Shown: positions 1 through 12,215, numbered from the whole stretch's first letter. The stretch is DNA of 62,696 nt, filler included, from Rhabdomonas costata (GCA_019059605.1; 45 parts of 45 records of this genome joined end to end with filler, not necessarily neighbours in it); one strand, 5' to 3'. The notes: generated from the letters alone by a model not told the origin. Program-made: numbers and translations.

Positions 1-1
1 G

Positions 2-1296
2 GGGTGTTGGCAATATTGGCACGAATGGAGAGTGAAGAATACCTCCTATCGTGCCAATATTGCCTACACCTCTCTGAGCGCCTCCACCGGGAATGACTGG
101 TACTTCGACAGTGGCTGTTCTCGTCATATGACTGGGGATCACACCTTTCTGACCAACATAAAACCCTACTCGAACTGCCATGTTACCTTTGGAGATGGAG
201 TCAAAGCCAAAATTGTGGGTAAAGGTCAATTAAACTATCCTGGTATGTCTTGTTTGACTGAGGCTTTGTTGGTAGAAGGACTCACTGCTAATCTCATTAG
301 TATTAGTCAACTTTGTGATCTGAATTTGCATGTCAACTTTACTCGTGATAAGTGTGTGGTGATTAATGAAGATCAGGATGAACTTATGCGAGGAAACAGA
401 TCTCGTGACAACTGCTATATGTGGAACCCCGCACCAACCAGCAAGTGTCTCTTGACCAAAACTGATGAAACCAAGCTGTGGCACCAAAAGCTTGGTCATC
501 TAAATCTCAGAAGCATGCACAAGATTGTCTTTGAGAAGGTTATTGTCAGACTCCGTGATCTTAAGATTGTTGAAGGAAAAATCTGTGGTGATTGCCAGAT
601 AGGAAAACAGGTCAAGAAGTCGCACAAGATGGTGCAACATCTTACCACTTCACGTGTTCTGGAGCTCCTACACATGGACTTGATGGGTCCTATGCAGACT
701 GAAAGTCTCGGTGGAAAGAGATATGTGTTTAACTATGTCGATGACTACTCCAGGTACACTTGGGTTGATTTTATTCGTGAGAAATATGACACTTTTGCTG
801 TTTTTGAAGCCTTGTGCAAGAATGTTCAGAGAGAAAAAGGAGAAAGCATAGGCAAAGTGATCAGAATTCGAAGTGATCATGAGAGGGAGTTTGAGAATAT
901 CAGCTTTGCTAAGTTCTGTACTGCAGAAGGAATAGCCAATGAATTCTCTGCTCCCATCACTCCACAACAAAATGGAATTGTTGAAAGGAAAAATCGAACC
1001 CTTCAAGAAATGGCCAGAGTGATGATGTTGGCCAAAGACATTCCAGCACATTTCTGGGCTGAAGCTCTTAATACTGCCTGCCATATTCATAATAGAGTTA
1101 CTATTCGTCCAGGTACTTCCAGCACTCATTATGAAATATGGAGGGGGAGAAAGCCAAATGTGAAATACTTCCATGTTTTTGGTTCGGTGTGTTACATTCT
1201 TGCTGACAGGGATCCACGGCGTAAATTTGACCCGAAAAGTGATGAAGGTATATTCCTTGGATACTCTAGAAATAGTCGTGCATACACCACCCACCC
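2..1296 (+). mobile_element. Ty1/copia LTR retrotransposon pol fragment (protease, pre-integrase zinc domain, integrase core, SH3-like), Sirevirus-like; open at both ends
   Basis: Uninterrupted frame with protease WYFDSGCSRHMTG, zinc-binding LWHQKLGH...CGDC, integrase D,D(35)E core (LLHMDLMGP, VDDYSRYTW, IRSDHEREF, QNGIVERKNRTL) and FHVFGSVCY...FDPKSDEGIFLGYS. Protease directly followed by integrase is the copia domain order. Confidence 0.96.
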
Positions 1297-1396
1297 NNNN
1301 NNNNNNNNNNNNNNNNNNNNNNNNNNNNNNNNNNNNNNNNTTAATTAATTAANNNNNNNNNNNNNNNNNNNNNNNNNNNNNNNNNNNNNNNNNNNN
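1297..1396. other. Artificial contig-joining linker N44-TTAATTAATTAA-N44 (first of 44, recurring about every 1395 bp)
   Basis: Identical 100-bp spacer repeats through the window. TTAATTAATTAA places a stop codon in all six frames. Confidence 0.99.
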
Positions 1397-2668
1397 GTTT
1401 TGTGGGCAGGCCAGTGAGCGTGAGCTTCGGGATGAGCCGGTGAATCACCATTCGGCCGTCGAGACCAGGCCGGAAGACAGGTAGGCCGTCCACGGAGTCG
1501 CGCCTCTTGGAGTTTTGCTGCAGGGCATGCTTTACCATCTCCGGAAGAATTCGGCCATTCTCGGCGTCAATCGGTATGTCCTGGAAGTTTTGGAGCGCGG
1601 AGTAGCCATCGCCACCCTTGAAAAGGTACTCTGTGCAGGCCACGGTGTAGAGCTGGCTGTCTTCAAGAAGGTCACCGTTCACTCTCACCTGAACAGAAGA
1701 CACCGCAACTCGCAGAATATTGTAGAGACATAAAACAAGTGATAACGCGAAAGAAGAGAACGGTGAGTAACAAATTGTAAAAGGAGCCACAGACTTCAAG
1801 TTCAACCAATCGCTTTTTTCCCGTCGACTCAAAGACAAAATATAACTTCAGAAAGTACAACATCACCAGTACGATGTAACGTAGAAAAGTGCAATCTCAA
1901 GGAGCAGCAATGACAGCGGTTTGTTGAACTGAGCGGCCAAGAATGCGGTGGAAAACCGGGGATGAGTGCGGGAGAGGGAGGGAAAAAGCGTAACCAAAAA
2001 ATTCGCGGGGTGAGAGGTGAGACAATGCGTGGGTATGTAAGAGGTGTGGGCGAGTGTGTGAGGCATTAGGCAGCGGATAGGGGAGAAGGGGAGGAGAAGG
2101 ATGATCGAGGTGAGCAAAGGTGCATGCAAGGGAAGAAGGAGAAAATGGATGGTTCCGATACGGGTTCTGAGGGTTCACCGGGGCATCGGAAGAACGATCA
2201 GGATAAAACGTGAAGCGAAAGAAACGGGTCGAAAGGAAACGAACTCAGTTGACAAGCTAGGGTAGCCAAATCGACACCAAAAACGAAAGGAAAGGGGAAA
2301 TCTGATATGGGAGTTATACACACTTATTCGAACAAAAAATCGAGTGAAAGGGGTGAAACCTCCACGAGTCGGCTCCCAGCTGGGGCCACCGCGTCGAAGA
2401 CCACCCTCATGCCCGAGACCGCGGGGAACCGCCCCTCGTGCGCGGGATATCGGCCCACTCCAGACTCCAGCGCGGCCCTTAAATCAGAGCCTCGCAGCTG
2501 AATGACGATGACAATGTCTTCAACCGGGAGAATGTCCAGGACATCCTTCACGGTGAGCAGCGACCCCCCGGGGTATAGCACATCCGCCCGGATAGACCCG
2601 CAGTTCAGCAGTGCCACGTCGGTGTTCATCTCCGCCCGCATCACATCGGCAACTAAAACGACCACCAC
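1397..2668 (-). CDS. 5'-nucleotidase/apyrase family protein, C-terminal domain (partial, 2 exons)
   Basis: Exon ~2668-2360 (ADVMRAEMNTDVALLNCGSIR...GRFPAVSGMRVVFD...SRLVE) joins through a GT-AG intron 2359-1689 in frame to exon 1688-1397 (VRVNGD...YTVACTEYLFKGGDGY). Motifs are typical of 5_nucleotid_C. Confidence 0.9.
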
Positions 2669-3147
2669 AAAAATCAGCGGGTTGCTGCAAACNNNNNNNN
2701 NNNNNNNNNNNNNNNNNNNNNNNNNNNNNNNNNNNNTTAATTAATTAANNNNNNNNNNNNNNNNNNNNNNNNNNNNNNNNNNNNNNNNNNNNGTACCATC
2801 GGACGTTCCCCTTCACCTTCCCGGGTCTCTGGAAGACCCTTCTGACCCGCTGAAGCTGATCTTGTGTGAAGACGAACGCCATCTCGACGCTGGAGATTTC
2901 GTTCCTTGTGGAAAAGAAAAGAGAAGTGCGAGAAACTCCTTGCCGCAGAGGTTTTTGCAACACACGCACACTGTTAACGTTTCAGCATTCAGTTTTATCC
3001 TTGCTTTCAATTCTTCCGTGTTGCTCTTATTGTTGCAAGCGATTGGTTGAGGATGGATCCCAGATCAAACAGCTCATTTTGAAACCGCGCATACTTTCTG
3101 CGCTTCTTCAAGGTGTTTTGTGGGGTGCTTGTTCGTTTTTTTCGCAG

Positions 3148-4087
3148 GGGCTGCCCAGGGACATACTGTTCACCTGATCCCAACATGGAGCTCAGAGCAA
3201 GCCCTGCGCTGGACGACGCCTCCTACCTCTGTACCGTCGGCCATGACATTCGCACCCCTCTGACCACAGCGCTGTCCGTTCTGCAGCTGGTTCTGGATGA
3301 CCGAACCATGGCGGAGGAAGACCGCAGAGACCTTCTGCAGAAGGCCTGGGCCGCTCTGCAGCTTGCCCATGTTCTCATCAACAACCTTCTGGATGGGAGC
3401 AAAATGCGCGGGGCGCAGATGAAGGTTGCGCGCCGGCGGATGAGCGTCCGGAAGCTTGCCATTGAGGTTCTTCGCATCCTTGAAGTCCAGGCGATGCAGC
3501 GGAAGACGGAGCTTCTGCTGGACGTCGCTCCGAGTGTTCCCTCGGTGGTGCTGTGTGACCCGGTGCTTCTTCAGCGGATATTGATGAATCTTGTGGGGAA
3601 CGCGCTGAAGTTCTCGAAAGAGGGCCGGGTGACGCTCTCCGTAGACTGGAATGCGTCGACTGCGAAGATGAGTGTTGTTGTGAGTGACACGGGCATCGGG
3701 ATGACCCCCGAGGAGCAGAATGGGCTGTTCCAGAAGTTTTACCAGGCCAACCATGGCCGGGGAGGCACAGGCCTTGGTCTGTCGGTGTGCCAGCAGCTGG
3801 TATCCCTTTTGGGAGGGAGCATTGTGGCCAGCAGTAAGGGCCGAAGCAAGGGCTCTCGGTTCTCCTTCGACGTCTCGGCGCCGGTGGTGAAGAACCTTTC
3901 GGGATGGCTTTCGTGCACTGCGGTTGTGGTGGACGGTGACAGTGCTCGCCGGGAAGCGGTTTCGAACATGCTGAAGTACATCGGGGCGTGCGTGTTCAGT
4001 GCGGGCAGCGACAGCGAGGTGGTGCCGGATGTGGTTTTTGTCGTGCCTGCGCTGCTGGACACTGACCAAGTATCGCGGTGGAGGCAG
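3148..4087 (+). CDS. Two-component sensor histidine kinase (HisKA + HATPase_c, start of a receiver-like domain), partial
   Basis: H-box GHDIRTPL, N-box LMNLVGNALKF, G1 DTGIGM, F-box LFQKFYQ, G2 GGTGLGL, then VVVDGD. Preceded by a pyrimidine-rich acceptor tttttcgcag ending at 3147; in-frame ATG at 3185. Confidence 0.93.
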
Positions 4088-5158
4088 NNNNNNNNNNNNN
4101 NNNNNNNNNNNNNNNNNNNNNNNNNNNNNNNTTAATTAATTAANNNNNNNNNNNNNNNNNNNNNNNNNNNNNNNNNNNNNNNNNNNNGTGGTTGGTTGTG
4201 GGTGGCGCTGGCCTCGGCCGCTCAGCTGACCACCTTCCTCAAGCGGGCACCCTCAGGTGCCCGCCTTCCTACCTTTCCCTGAGTTTGCATGTGTTTTGGA
4301 GGGTGGGGATGGGCGATGTGAATCCGAGGGCCTCTCGTATGCATCATACATATGTGCTCTTGCACAACATCGCCCTGATTGAACAAATTTTGCGCAGCAA
4401 TCGCTACTCAATGTTTGTGCTTACTCAACTTGGGGGTTAGAGGCGACCCACGTGGCCCCTGGGATTCTGATCGAAGCTTTTTTAGGGGGTTTGAGAGGGG
4501 GTTTACCGGGCGTCGCCGTGCGCAGTGAATGCGTAGCGGCTTCGGGGGCGTCTCATGTAATACCACTTGCTTGAGCACAAGAAAGCTTTTCTCGATTAGC
4601 GTGGGCTTTTCATTTTACATGCAGTGTGCCTTCTCTTGCGCTGGGACTGCGCGCAGCAGAAGTTTCGACTGAAATTCACCGAGGTTTCTTGGTCTCGTTT
4701 TCAGGATCGATGACAACTCTGGGAGTTGCTCGCGGCTCGGGGCCTCTGGTCGAAGTCCAAGTTTTTCTCCAGCCTGGAGGAATGCAGTACCTTCTGGAGT
4801 GAGAGAGACTTTCGTCTGTGACAGAGAAGGAATGAACTCTCGATGACCGTGCTCTTTGTTTTTTCCCATGCCTGCCAGCACACCCTTCGTGCACACGCAC
4901 CCGCCCTCCTCTCAACTCCCAGGGTTAGGGCTCGTAAGGTCACTCACTACATCGTCTTCCCACAACGGGCGAGCTACTCACTCACAGCTGCAGGGAAGGG
5001 AAGGGAAGGGAAGGGGGAAAACCTTCCACTTCTTCCTGTTCCCCCCGACCTGCGTACAAATGCACCGTCGACACCCCCATGATCCAACGCTTGTGCATTT
5101 TCTCGCCTTGGGACGACATCCCATTATTCCATCGACCCCCTTTCTTCTTTCCTCACAG

Positions 5159-5478
5159 GGGCCTCGAGCGCCTCTGCGGTGGCGGTGCCCGCGGTGGCAG
5201 TACCGGCAGCGGCGGTATCCGCGGTGGCGATCCCAACAGGAGGTGGGGGTCGAGGTAGTGGTGGAAGCCCTACGGGCTATCTTGGAGCGGACCTGAAGAT
5301 CGAGGACGCCGAGCGCCCGGACCGGATCCGGGTGGTGGTCGTGTCGGCCAGCCCTGGAGGGCCGATGGGGCAGGCCGGAGCGCAGCCCGGGGACTACGTC
5401 GTGGCATGGGATGGTGCCCCGGTGAACTCGGAAAGCCGGCTGAGTCAGAAGCTTCGCTCGTTGGTGGGCGTGGGAGTG
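5159..5478 (+). CDS. PDZ-domain exon (partial)
   Basis: Follows acceptor cctcacag (5158). Ala/Val/Pro linker then GYLGA...VVVVSASPGGPMGQAGAQPGDYVVAWDGAPV, matching the PDZ pattern GxLG / GSPAxxAGLxxGDxI. Confidence 0.75.
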
Positions 5479-5667
5479 NNNNNNNNNNNNNNNNNNNNNN
5501 NNNNNNNNNNNNNNNNNNNNNNTTAATTAATTAANNNNNNNNNNNNNNNNNNNNNNNNNNNNNNNNNNNNNNNNNNNNGTGGTTTGTTATCCAGTGAGCG
5601 GTCAGTGATTGCGTTTCGCGGGTACGCAAGTGCGAATGAGATTCTGTGGTGGAGGATTGCTACACAC

Positions 5668-6870
5668 GGCTTGCCCTCGCAGACTTCCGGCGCCAGGTAG
5701 TACGGCGTGCCCACCACGGACTGGGCGTGCACGGTGTCCACCAAGCGCTTGGAAATCCCAAAGTCTATGACGCAAAAGATACATGCACAACATACAAAAG
5801 GGTCACAAGGTGCAACCAAACAACCCCATAGTCACTGCGGAGCTTTCCGTTCTCATGGACAAATCCATTCCAACTCGTGTGTGACAGGATTTTGCAAAGT
5901 CGCGGGGGGGGGGGGTGTTACACACCATCCCGCCGTGGAGTCCGAAAAGGCGGCGCAAAACAACCTTGATTTCTTGTTGGGGATCGTTATTCATCATTAT
6001 GATATGCTTGTTGTGCAGACACTGAAGCATTTGCTATTCCCTTGCGATCTTCATTTTGTGAGGGAAATTAAAGCAAAATTTTGTAAGCAGGTTACCACCG
6101 ATTATGCACATTAAAAGACCCTCTTCACATGCCTGAATGCAAGGTTCGCCCTGGTCCTCGTCCCTAACCTTCCCTGACTCTCCTACGAGCTGTGGGGTAC
6201 CTGCGAGCTTAATCTGGTGGTCTGCGGTGAGCAGGATATTCCCAGGCTGAAGGAAAAGACACAGAGCAAGTCAAAGGAAACAACAAGAATTCCCGCCCAC
6301 AGTCCCCCCACAAAACAAAGCAGGTTCAAGCCCAAGGGTAAAAAGCCCCTGGGACCTCAGGATCCGCAAAAAAGCAGCATGGGGCAAATCAATTGCCAAA
6401 CCGAGGGAAGGGTCGCCCCCATAACTATCCACCGCGGAAAACTCTCACCTCATACCTTAATGTCTCGGTGCAAGATTTTCACGGAGTGAACGTACTTGAG
6501 GGCCTGCAACATCTCAAACGCCAACACGACAACACGCTGCGAGGGGGAAGAGAGGGTGGAGCCGAGCAAATCGACACCGACGAAATGTGGCGCAACCGAA
6601 AAGGCCACTAAATCAATGAGAGTAAATTGGCGACAACGACGGAGAAAGCGTCTGGTGTCAGCCGTACTGGTGAACTAGATTTCCCTTGAGAAATGTAACC
6701 TTCCGCAAAAACAGTCGATTAGAAGGTTTCATAGGAATGTCCAACCACTATATTCAGTCCAGAAGGAGAGGCCACGTGCGAAGGGCTCACCTCCTCAGGA
6801 AAGGTCTGCCCGCTCTCCTGTGCTCGAGCAATCAGTCCGCCGAGGTCGCCACCCTCGCAGTACTCCAACA
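5668..6870 (-). CDS. NIMA-related (NEK-like) Ser/Thr kinase, 4 exons, partial
   Basis: Exons ~6870-6791 (LEYCEGGDL...TFPEE), 6536-6456 ([19 protein letters not shown]), 6246-6201 ([15 protein letters not shown]) and 5764-5668 (DFGISKRL...[16 protein letters not shown]) splice in frame through GT-AG introns. Confidence 0.93.
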
Positions 6871-7109
6871 CCCCNNNNNNNNNNNNNNNNNNNNNNNNNN
6901 NNNNNNNNNNNNNNNNNNTTAATTAATTAANNNNNNNNNNNNNNNNNNNNNNNNNNNNNNNNNNNNNNNNNNNNTTGTTTGAAAATGGTCGAAGGTAGGT
7001 TGCAAATTTACTCTGCAGTATCTTTAAAATCTGATTCCAGTGAAAATGCAGATCCCACAGACCCTACAAGTCACGCATGGCACTCAAGCGCGCACCCCCC
7101 CCCCCACAG

Positions 7110-7429
7110 GAATGGATCTTGACACGGGCATGCTAATGGCTGTCAAGCAGATTTCCCGGCTCACCCCTGACCTGGTGCAGATCCTCGAGGAGGAGGTGTG
7201 AGGGACCGTGTTAACGGGGGGTCTTCAGTGGTTCGTCGTGGAGAGGAAGGGTTCCACCGCGTCTGATAGAAGAAAGGCCGTACCAGGCGTAATTTTGCAT
7301 TGCTTCTCCTTCTCTCCTCCTTCTCACGATTCACCTCCAAAAAAAATAGGTTGGAGTCTTGCGTCTGCTGTGCCACCGCTGCATCGTGCAGTACCTGGGA
7401 ATCGACCGCTCATCCGTGGGTTTTGTCAG
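7110..7429 (+). CDS. Protein kinase N-lobe fragment, MAP3K/STE11- or Cdc15-like (2 exons)
   Basis: Exon 7110-7195 (GMDLDTGMLMAVKQISRLTPDLVQILEEE) and exon 7350-7429 (VGVLRLLCHRCIVQYLG...) are bounded by AG/GT and join in frame, giving subdomains II-IV (AVK, helix-C Glu, HxxIVQYLG). Confidence 0.8.
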
Positions 7430-8699
7430 GTGCGATTTGCTACGTCATATCTTTGCTCCCCTCCCATGAACTGAGGAGAATCTTGTTGTTGTGAGTGAGT
7501 CGATGACGTTTAGAAAGCAAGAAATTGCAAAAAAAAAAAATCGGCGAAAAAATTTTCACACAAAAGTGCCGGCCCTGCCCGTTCTTTGGTCCGTCTTGGA
7601 GAGCGACAATACTCCTTGATGGGGCATTTCCAGACAATTCCCACCACTCACCACTGAGAACGCTTCCACCTTTTTGAGCCATATCCCGGATGGGTGGATG
7701 TGTTTCCTTCATTGCGGTGGCTTCCTTTTTCCGCCACTCATCAGCATTTGATCGTGTAACAAAGGCTTTTCTGAAGGATGAAGCTTCCCTCGTTTCTGAC
7801 CGGGAGGCATGGGCTCCGGATTACTAAGAAATGGAGGTACTTCTTTCCATTTGTCACCCCCCGTCCCTCTCTCTGCTTTCCCCAACGGCTCCAGTATCGT
7901 GCAACTTTTGTTGTATTAAAAATGAGTGGAACACAATCAACGTAGCTTTGTTTCTTGTCCCGCTGAGGTTTTCATCGTTTTCTATTGTGGTAACGTCCAT
8001 TTCTTTTTATTTGCAGGTGTGATTCAGCCACGCTTTGAACTGAATTTCATATGGGTTTTGAGTGGATGCTTGGAAAAAAGACATGCGTCTCGTGCTGATG
8101 TGGGAACTGATGTATGTGCGAAAGCGTATCTGTCCACAAATAGGTCGAGAGGCATAGGCTTCTGTACCAAGCCTCCAGAAGAATCGAGCTCGGAGGGTAG
8201 TCGCCCCATGAGCTACGGCACTGAATACCGTTATTCTTCTGTATGGCACCACTATTGGGGGTATGAGTTTNNNNNNNNNNNNNNNNNNNNNNNNNNNNNN
8301 NNNNNNNNNNNNNNTTAATTAATTAANNNNNNNNNNNNNNNNNNNNNNNNNNNNNNNNNNNNNNNNNNNNGTTGTTTTTGAGGAAGAAAGAGGGAGGGAG
8401 GGAGGCACAGTGGGGACATTGCGCTTTATTAGCTCTATCTCAAGAAATAGCCCAAGCACGGAAAAATACCAAACTACGGACTCTTCGACTTTTGTATATC
8501 GCGTGGAAATAAATTGACCAGAAGGAGAAGGCAGAAACCGTCTCATCCATTTCACATGAAAATTTTCATTCACAAGAAAAGCTCTGGTTTGAAGCGCAGG
8601 GTGAGGAAGTATGACCATCCACGTGCCAGACCAAGCCACTGGCAAGATCATCGTGCATCCCGTAATCTCTCTCTCTGCGGCTGTAGAGTTGTGTGGGAC

Positions 8700-9666
8700 G
8701 CACTTCGCGGACTCGGCACTGTCCTGGCCAGTGACGCCCGAGGCGTAGGGTAGCCCACAGACGTGAGTCGCGAAGGGGCACTGGCGGAGGTGACTGCCGA
8801 GGGCGCTGCGCAGCATCGTCTCCGAGCAACCCGTGAAAGGGCACTGCACCTGATCAATGACAATGAGAGCGTGCCCTTGCGCACAAAGAGGTTGGTTGGT
8901 GTAGAAAAGGACTGCCGGTGTCAGTGTGGGCAAACCTTGAAGCCCGCGACGAGTCTCCTCAAGGCGTAGTTTGGCACGAAGTCTCCGCATGGTTGGCGGC
9001 AGGTCGGGCACTCCTTCTTGCGCCCCAGGCTGCGGCTCAGGCACCCGGAGCAGAAGCTGTGGCCACACTTCGTCATACACACCGCGTCCTCCATAACCTG
9101 CCAAAAACAAAGAAAAAAAAGAAGAAAGACATGTCTGGGATCTATGAGAGAAGGTGTGTGTGCATCGCGAAGTCGGAAGCGTGCGCCAAAAACACAGCGT
9201 GTGAGCGGCTCAACGCACACACGATGATTTGTGTGGAGGAATTGGCAACCACAGGATTCTTATGTGATGGTTTTGCCTGTTCCACCAGATACAGAGAGGC
9301 ATTCAGACCACAGTGGATTACGAAAGACGCAAAAAACATCGGGGGCCGTGCAGAAAAACTCTGCAGAAGAACTCTGAGAGGGTTCACCGGTTGCACAGAG
9401 GGAAAATGCGTTTCAATTTGCCGACGTATGGCCGACAGTGGACCCCTGGCGAACCAGGCAAATACGAGAGCTTTTGGCAAACCTCTCGGACACGAGCGCG
9501 CACCGCACAGGCAGGCACCTCCATGCACACAGGGCAGTAGTACTCGTCTTCCACGGTGTTGACGAACACCACGGGCATCCGCCCATCCGCGGAGGGGTCC
9601 AGCCGCTGGAAGGGCGGGTTCAGCTCGTCGAACTCCACCGGGGCGGCGGCGGAGGTGCCCGCTCCG
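8700..9666 (-). CDS. RING (C3HC4) + TRAF-type zinc-finger E3 ligase, partial, at least 3 exons
   Basis: Exon ending 9519 (VFVNTVEDEYYCPVCME), exon 9097-8936 (VMEDAVCMTKCGHSFCSGCL...ECPTCR...NYALRRLVAGFK) and exon from 8849 (VQCPFTGCSETM...SHLRQCPFATHVC). GT-AG introns. The 3' boundary is approximate. Confidence 0.88.
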
Positions 9667-10202
9667 NNNNNNNNNNNNNNNNNNNNNNNNNNNNNNNNNN
9701 NNNNNNNNNNTTAATTAATTAANNNNNNNNNNNNNNNNNNNNNNNNNNNNNNNNNNNNNNNNNNNNTTTGTTGTTTGCACTCCTGCCGGGAGTCCTGCCC
9801 CATACGCTCGCGCCTGCTCTAAACCCGGTGAGGATATTCTCTAACTCCCCCGTGCTGCATGACAGCTTGGTGGCAGTGAAGGTTGTCCATGAGTGTCACC
9901 ATCAACAACATGAACGGCATCGGGTATAACTACCACGAAAAAAGAAAAGCATCCTGGGAGGGTATGGGTGCACTTTTTTCCATTGAGCCGACTGAACGGC
10001 ACTGAACGGCGCACAAGCATCAGAAACTAAGGGGTTGACTTGGACAGGTTGGGTAATTTCCAAAACAGAAGAATCACGGTCGAGGTTTACCTCATGATGG
10101 CGATAGCTCAGCTCTTTCAATCTTGCTTTAAGGTAGAACCAAGCAGCGCATTCAAATCACTGTGCACCGAAGATGAGGGAACGTGCCATGGTGTGCCCAC
10201 AC

Positions 10203-10391
10203 CTCAAAGACGACGTTCTTCACAGAGATGTACGCCGGATTTCCTGAGGTGCCGTCGTACTCGCGAAGCTCATCGATTGTGAAGTGCCTTGGGGCGGCGG
10301 AGGGCAGCATCCGGTTCAGCCACACCAGCGCTCCCATCCCACCGCAGCCCACCACGGCAACCCCCAGAACCACTTTGGAGGCCACACGCAT
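10203..10391 (-). CDS. Membrane-anchored cytochrome b5-like heme/steroid-binding protein (MAPR family), first exon
   Basis: ATG, hydrophobic N-terminal helix, then FTIDELREYDGTSGNPAYISVKNVVFE followed by a GT donor. Matches the MAPR motif FTxEELxxYDG...YxxVxGxVFDV. Confidence 0.8.
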
Positions 10392-11162
10392 GAGTCAAAA
10401 TGCCAGCAGGTGGGCAAACCCAGGTGCAATAACAACAAAAAGCAAGAAAGCCAGATGGTGCAACAAATTGCAGCGACCTGAAAACGGCGCGGACATTGAA
10501 TATGCGCTCGCTCAGAGAAAACATGGGTTATCAACATGGCCCCGTCAGGAACTGGTTGCGAAGATGTTTCAAAGACTAAGCGAGATCGCGTCAACTCAAA
10601 TTTGCAACGACATCACTCGAAAGTGAAAAGCTGCAGCTCTTTAGATACACGTATCCGAAAAAAAAAATCGTAGGGAGTGTAAAACAAACCGGAAAAGTTT
10701 ATGTATGCGTCCCACAGCACATCTCCTTTAGGAGATAAAACTCAGTACCCTTGGATAGCAGAAGGTTCACCAGAATGGCCTATAGAATAGAAACAGAATA
10801 TAATAGAATCGAATGGCCATCACAACCCGCCCCATAAGCGACGCCCCGTTGCTGGTGGAAAAATTTGGACCGCTGAGCGAGCGGGACGGGCTTTTCAAAG
10901 CACACCAGGAAAACAGCTAAAATCATTGAAAAGACATTTCCGCAACAGGACACGTTCAAAATGCCTCCAGGCACTAAGCGGGAAAAAAGTTGCGGCGTAG
11001 CACACCAAAGGTGCAGCCACAGAAAGTGTGAAAACACTCACGCCTCCCCCGCAGCACCACCANNNNNNNNNNNNNNNNNNNNNNNNNNNNNNNNNNNNNN
11101 NNNNNNTTAATTAATTAANNNNNNNNNNNNNNNNNNNNNNNNNNNNNNNNNNNNNNNNNNNN

Positions 11163-12215
11163 GTTGTTGTGGAACAAGCGGGCATTTACGGAAATTCCGA
11201 CGGGCGAGCTTCCATAGCTCATCCCCGTCAGTACTCCGACATAGCCAATCCAGGTCGTCGCGATGGCTACAGGGGCACCGCCCTTGGTGAAGGTGACTTG
11301 GGCGGTCAAGGGACCGAGGAAGGGCATTGCCCAGTCCATGGTGCGGGCGAGCATCGGATTCCCAGATGCGCTCAATGGGGATATCACAGATGTGCACATC
11401 GCGCAGGACTCGTACACCAACTGCAGCATCACGAGTTTTCCCAGCGGTACGTTGGCGGCTTCGGAGATCCCCTTGAGCTCTAAATACCAGAAAACATAGG
11501 ATACCATCTTCCAACGGCATTGCAAAACAGGAAACCAACAGAAAAAACACAGGATTTGTCTGATAATGACGTGAATTCAGTTTAACCACAAACTGAAACC
11601 GAATTCAATGATTAGAAAGAACCCAACAAATATCATCCCTCCGGACTGTGAGTTGATCCATTTTCCTGCCCACAAAAAGAAACAATCCCGTTGTTGTCGC
11701 TACAGAGGCCCGCGTGGACGAGCATAAACTCCTTTTAGCCAAACCACCTATTACACTAGAACCACGAAAGTACAGCAAGCAAAGAAGAACGCCCATCCGG
11801 CAGGGACGCATGCTGTGTGCCATGTTTGTCGGACCGCAGACCGCAACCGTCAAGAAGAACAAAAATTGTGCTCTCGGCAACTCTCCCCGAAGCGTCCCGC
11901 AGTCAAACATAAACCTGCGGCGATCAGCATTGCAGATATTCAGAATACATTATTAAGGGAGACTGTGGCGGCAACTGCACCTTCACAGTAGGACATGATG
12001 CCTAGTTGTGTAGACATCGACATGATGCTCTGGCAGACGCTCTCCACGATGGGTGCAAAGCCTGGACCAAGGCGCTGCTTCATAAAGTCGACAATGTGGT
12101 CCTCGATGGGGATATCCAGCTTAGTGCCATACAGCTTGGCTATTTCCCTCCACCGGGTTGCGGGGGGGTCATCAAGACTGACCAAGAAGTGCGGCACAGA
12201 GGCAACGTCAGTCAT
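11163..12215 (-). CDS. Acid ceramidase / N-acylethanolamine acid amidase-like Ntn hydrolase, partial, 2 exons
   Basis: Exon 12215-11981 (MTDVASVPHFLVSLDDPPATRW...) and exon 11479-11163 (ELKGIS...YESCAMCTSVI...LARTMDW...GYVGVLTGM...SVNAR) with a 501-bp GT-AG intron. The catalytic CTS nucleophile motif is present. Confidence 0.9.

Noticed and set aside
1341..1352. Regularly spaced TTAATTAATTAA as a CRISPR-like array or biological repeat
   Set aside because: It is always embedded in 44+44 N and is an artificial all-frame-stop linker.
3170..4069. 299-aa ORF on the minus strand
   Set aside because: It is the antisense shadow of the GC3-rich histidine kinase exon. The same applies to most short overlapping ORFs in the track, such as 668-1294.
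3148..7429. Apparent signalling cluster (histidine kinase, PDZ, NEK, MAP3K)
   Set aside because: The four genes are on four separate contigs placed together only by concatenation.
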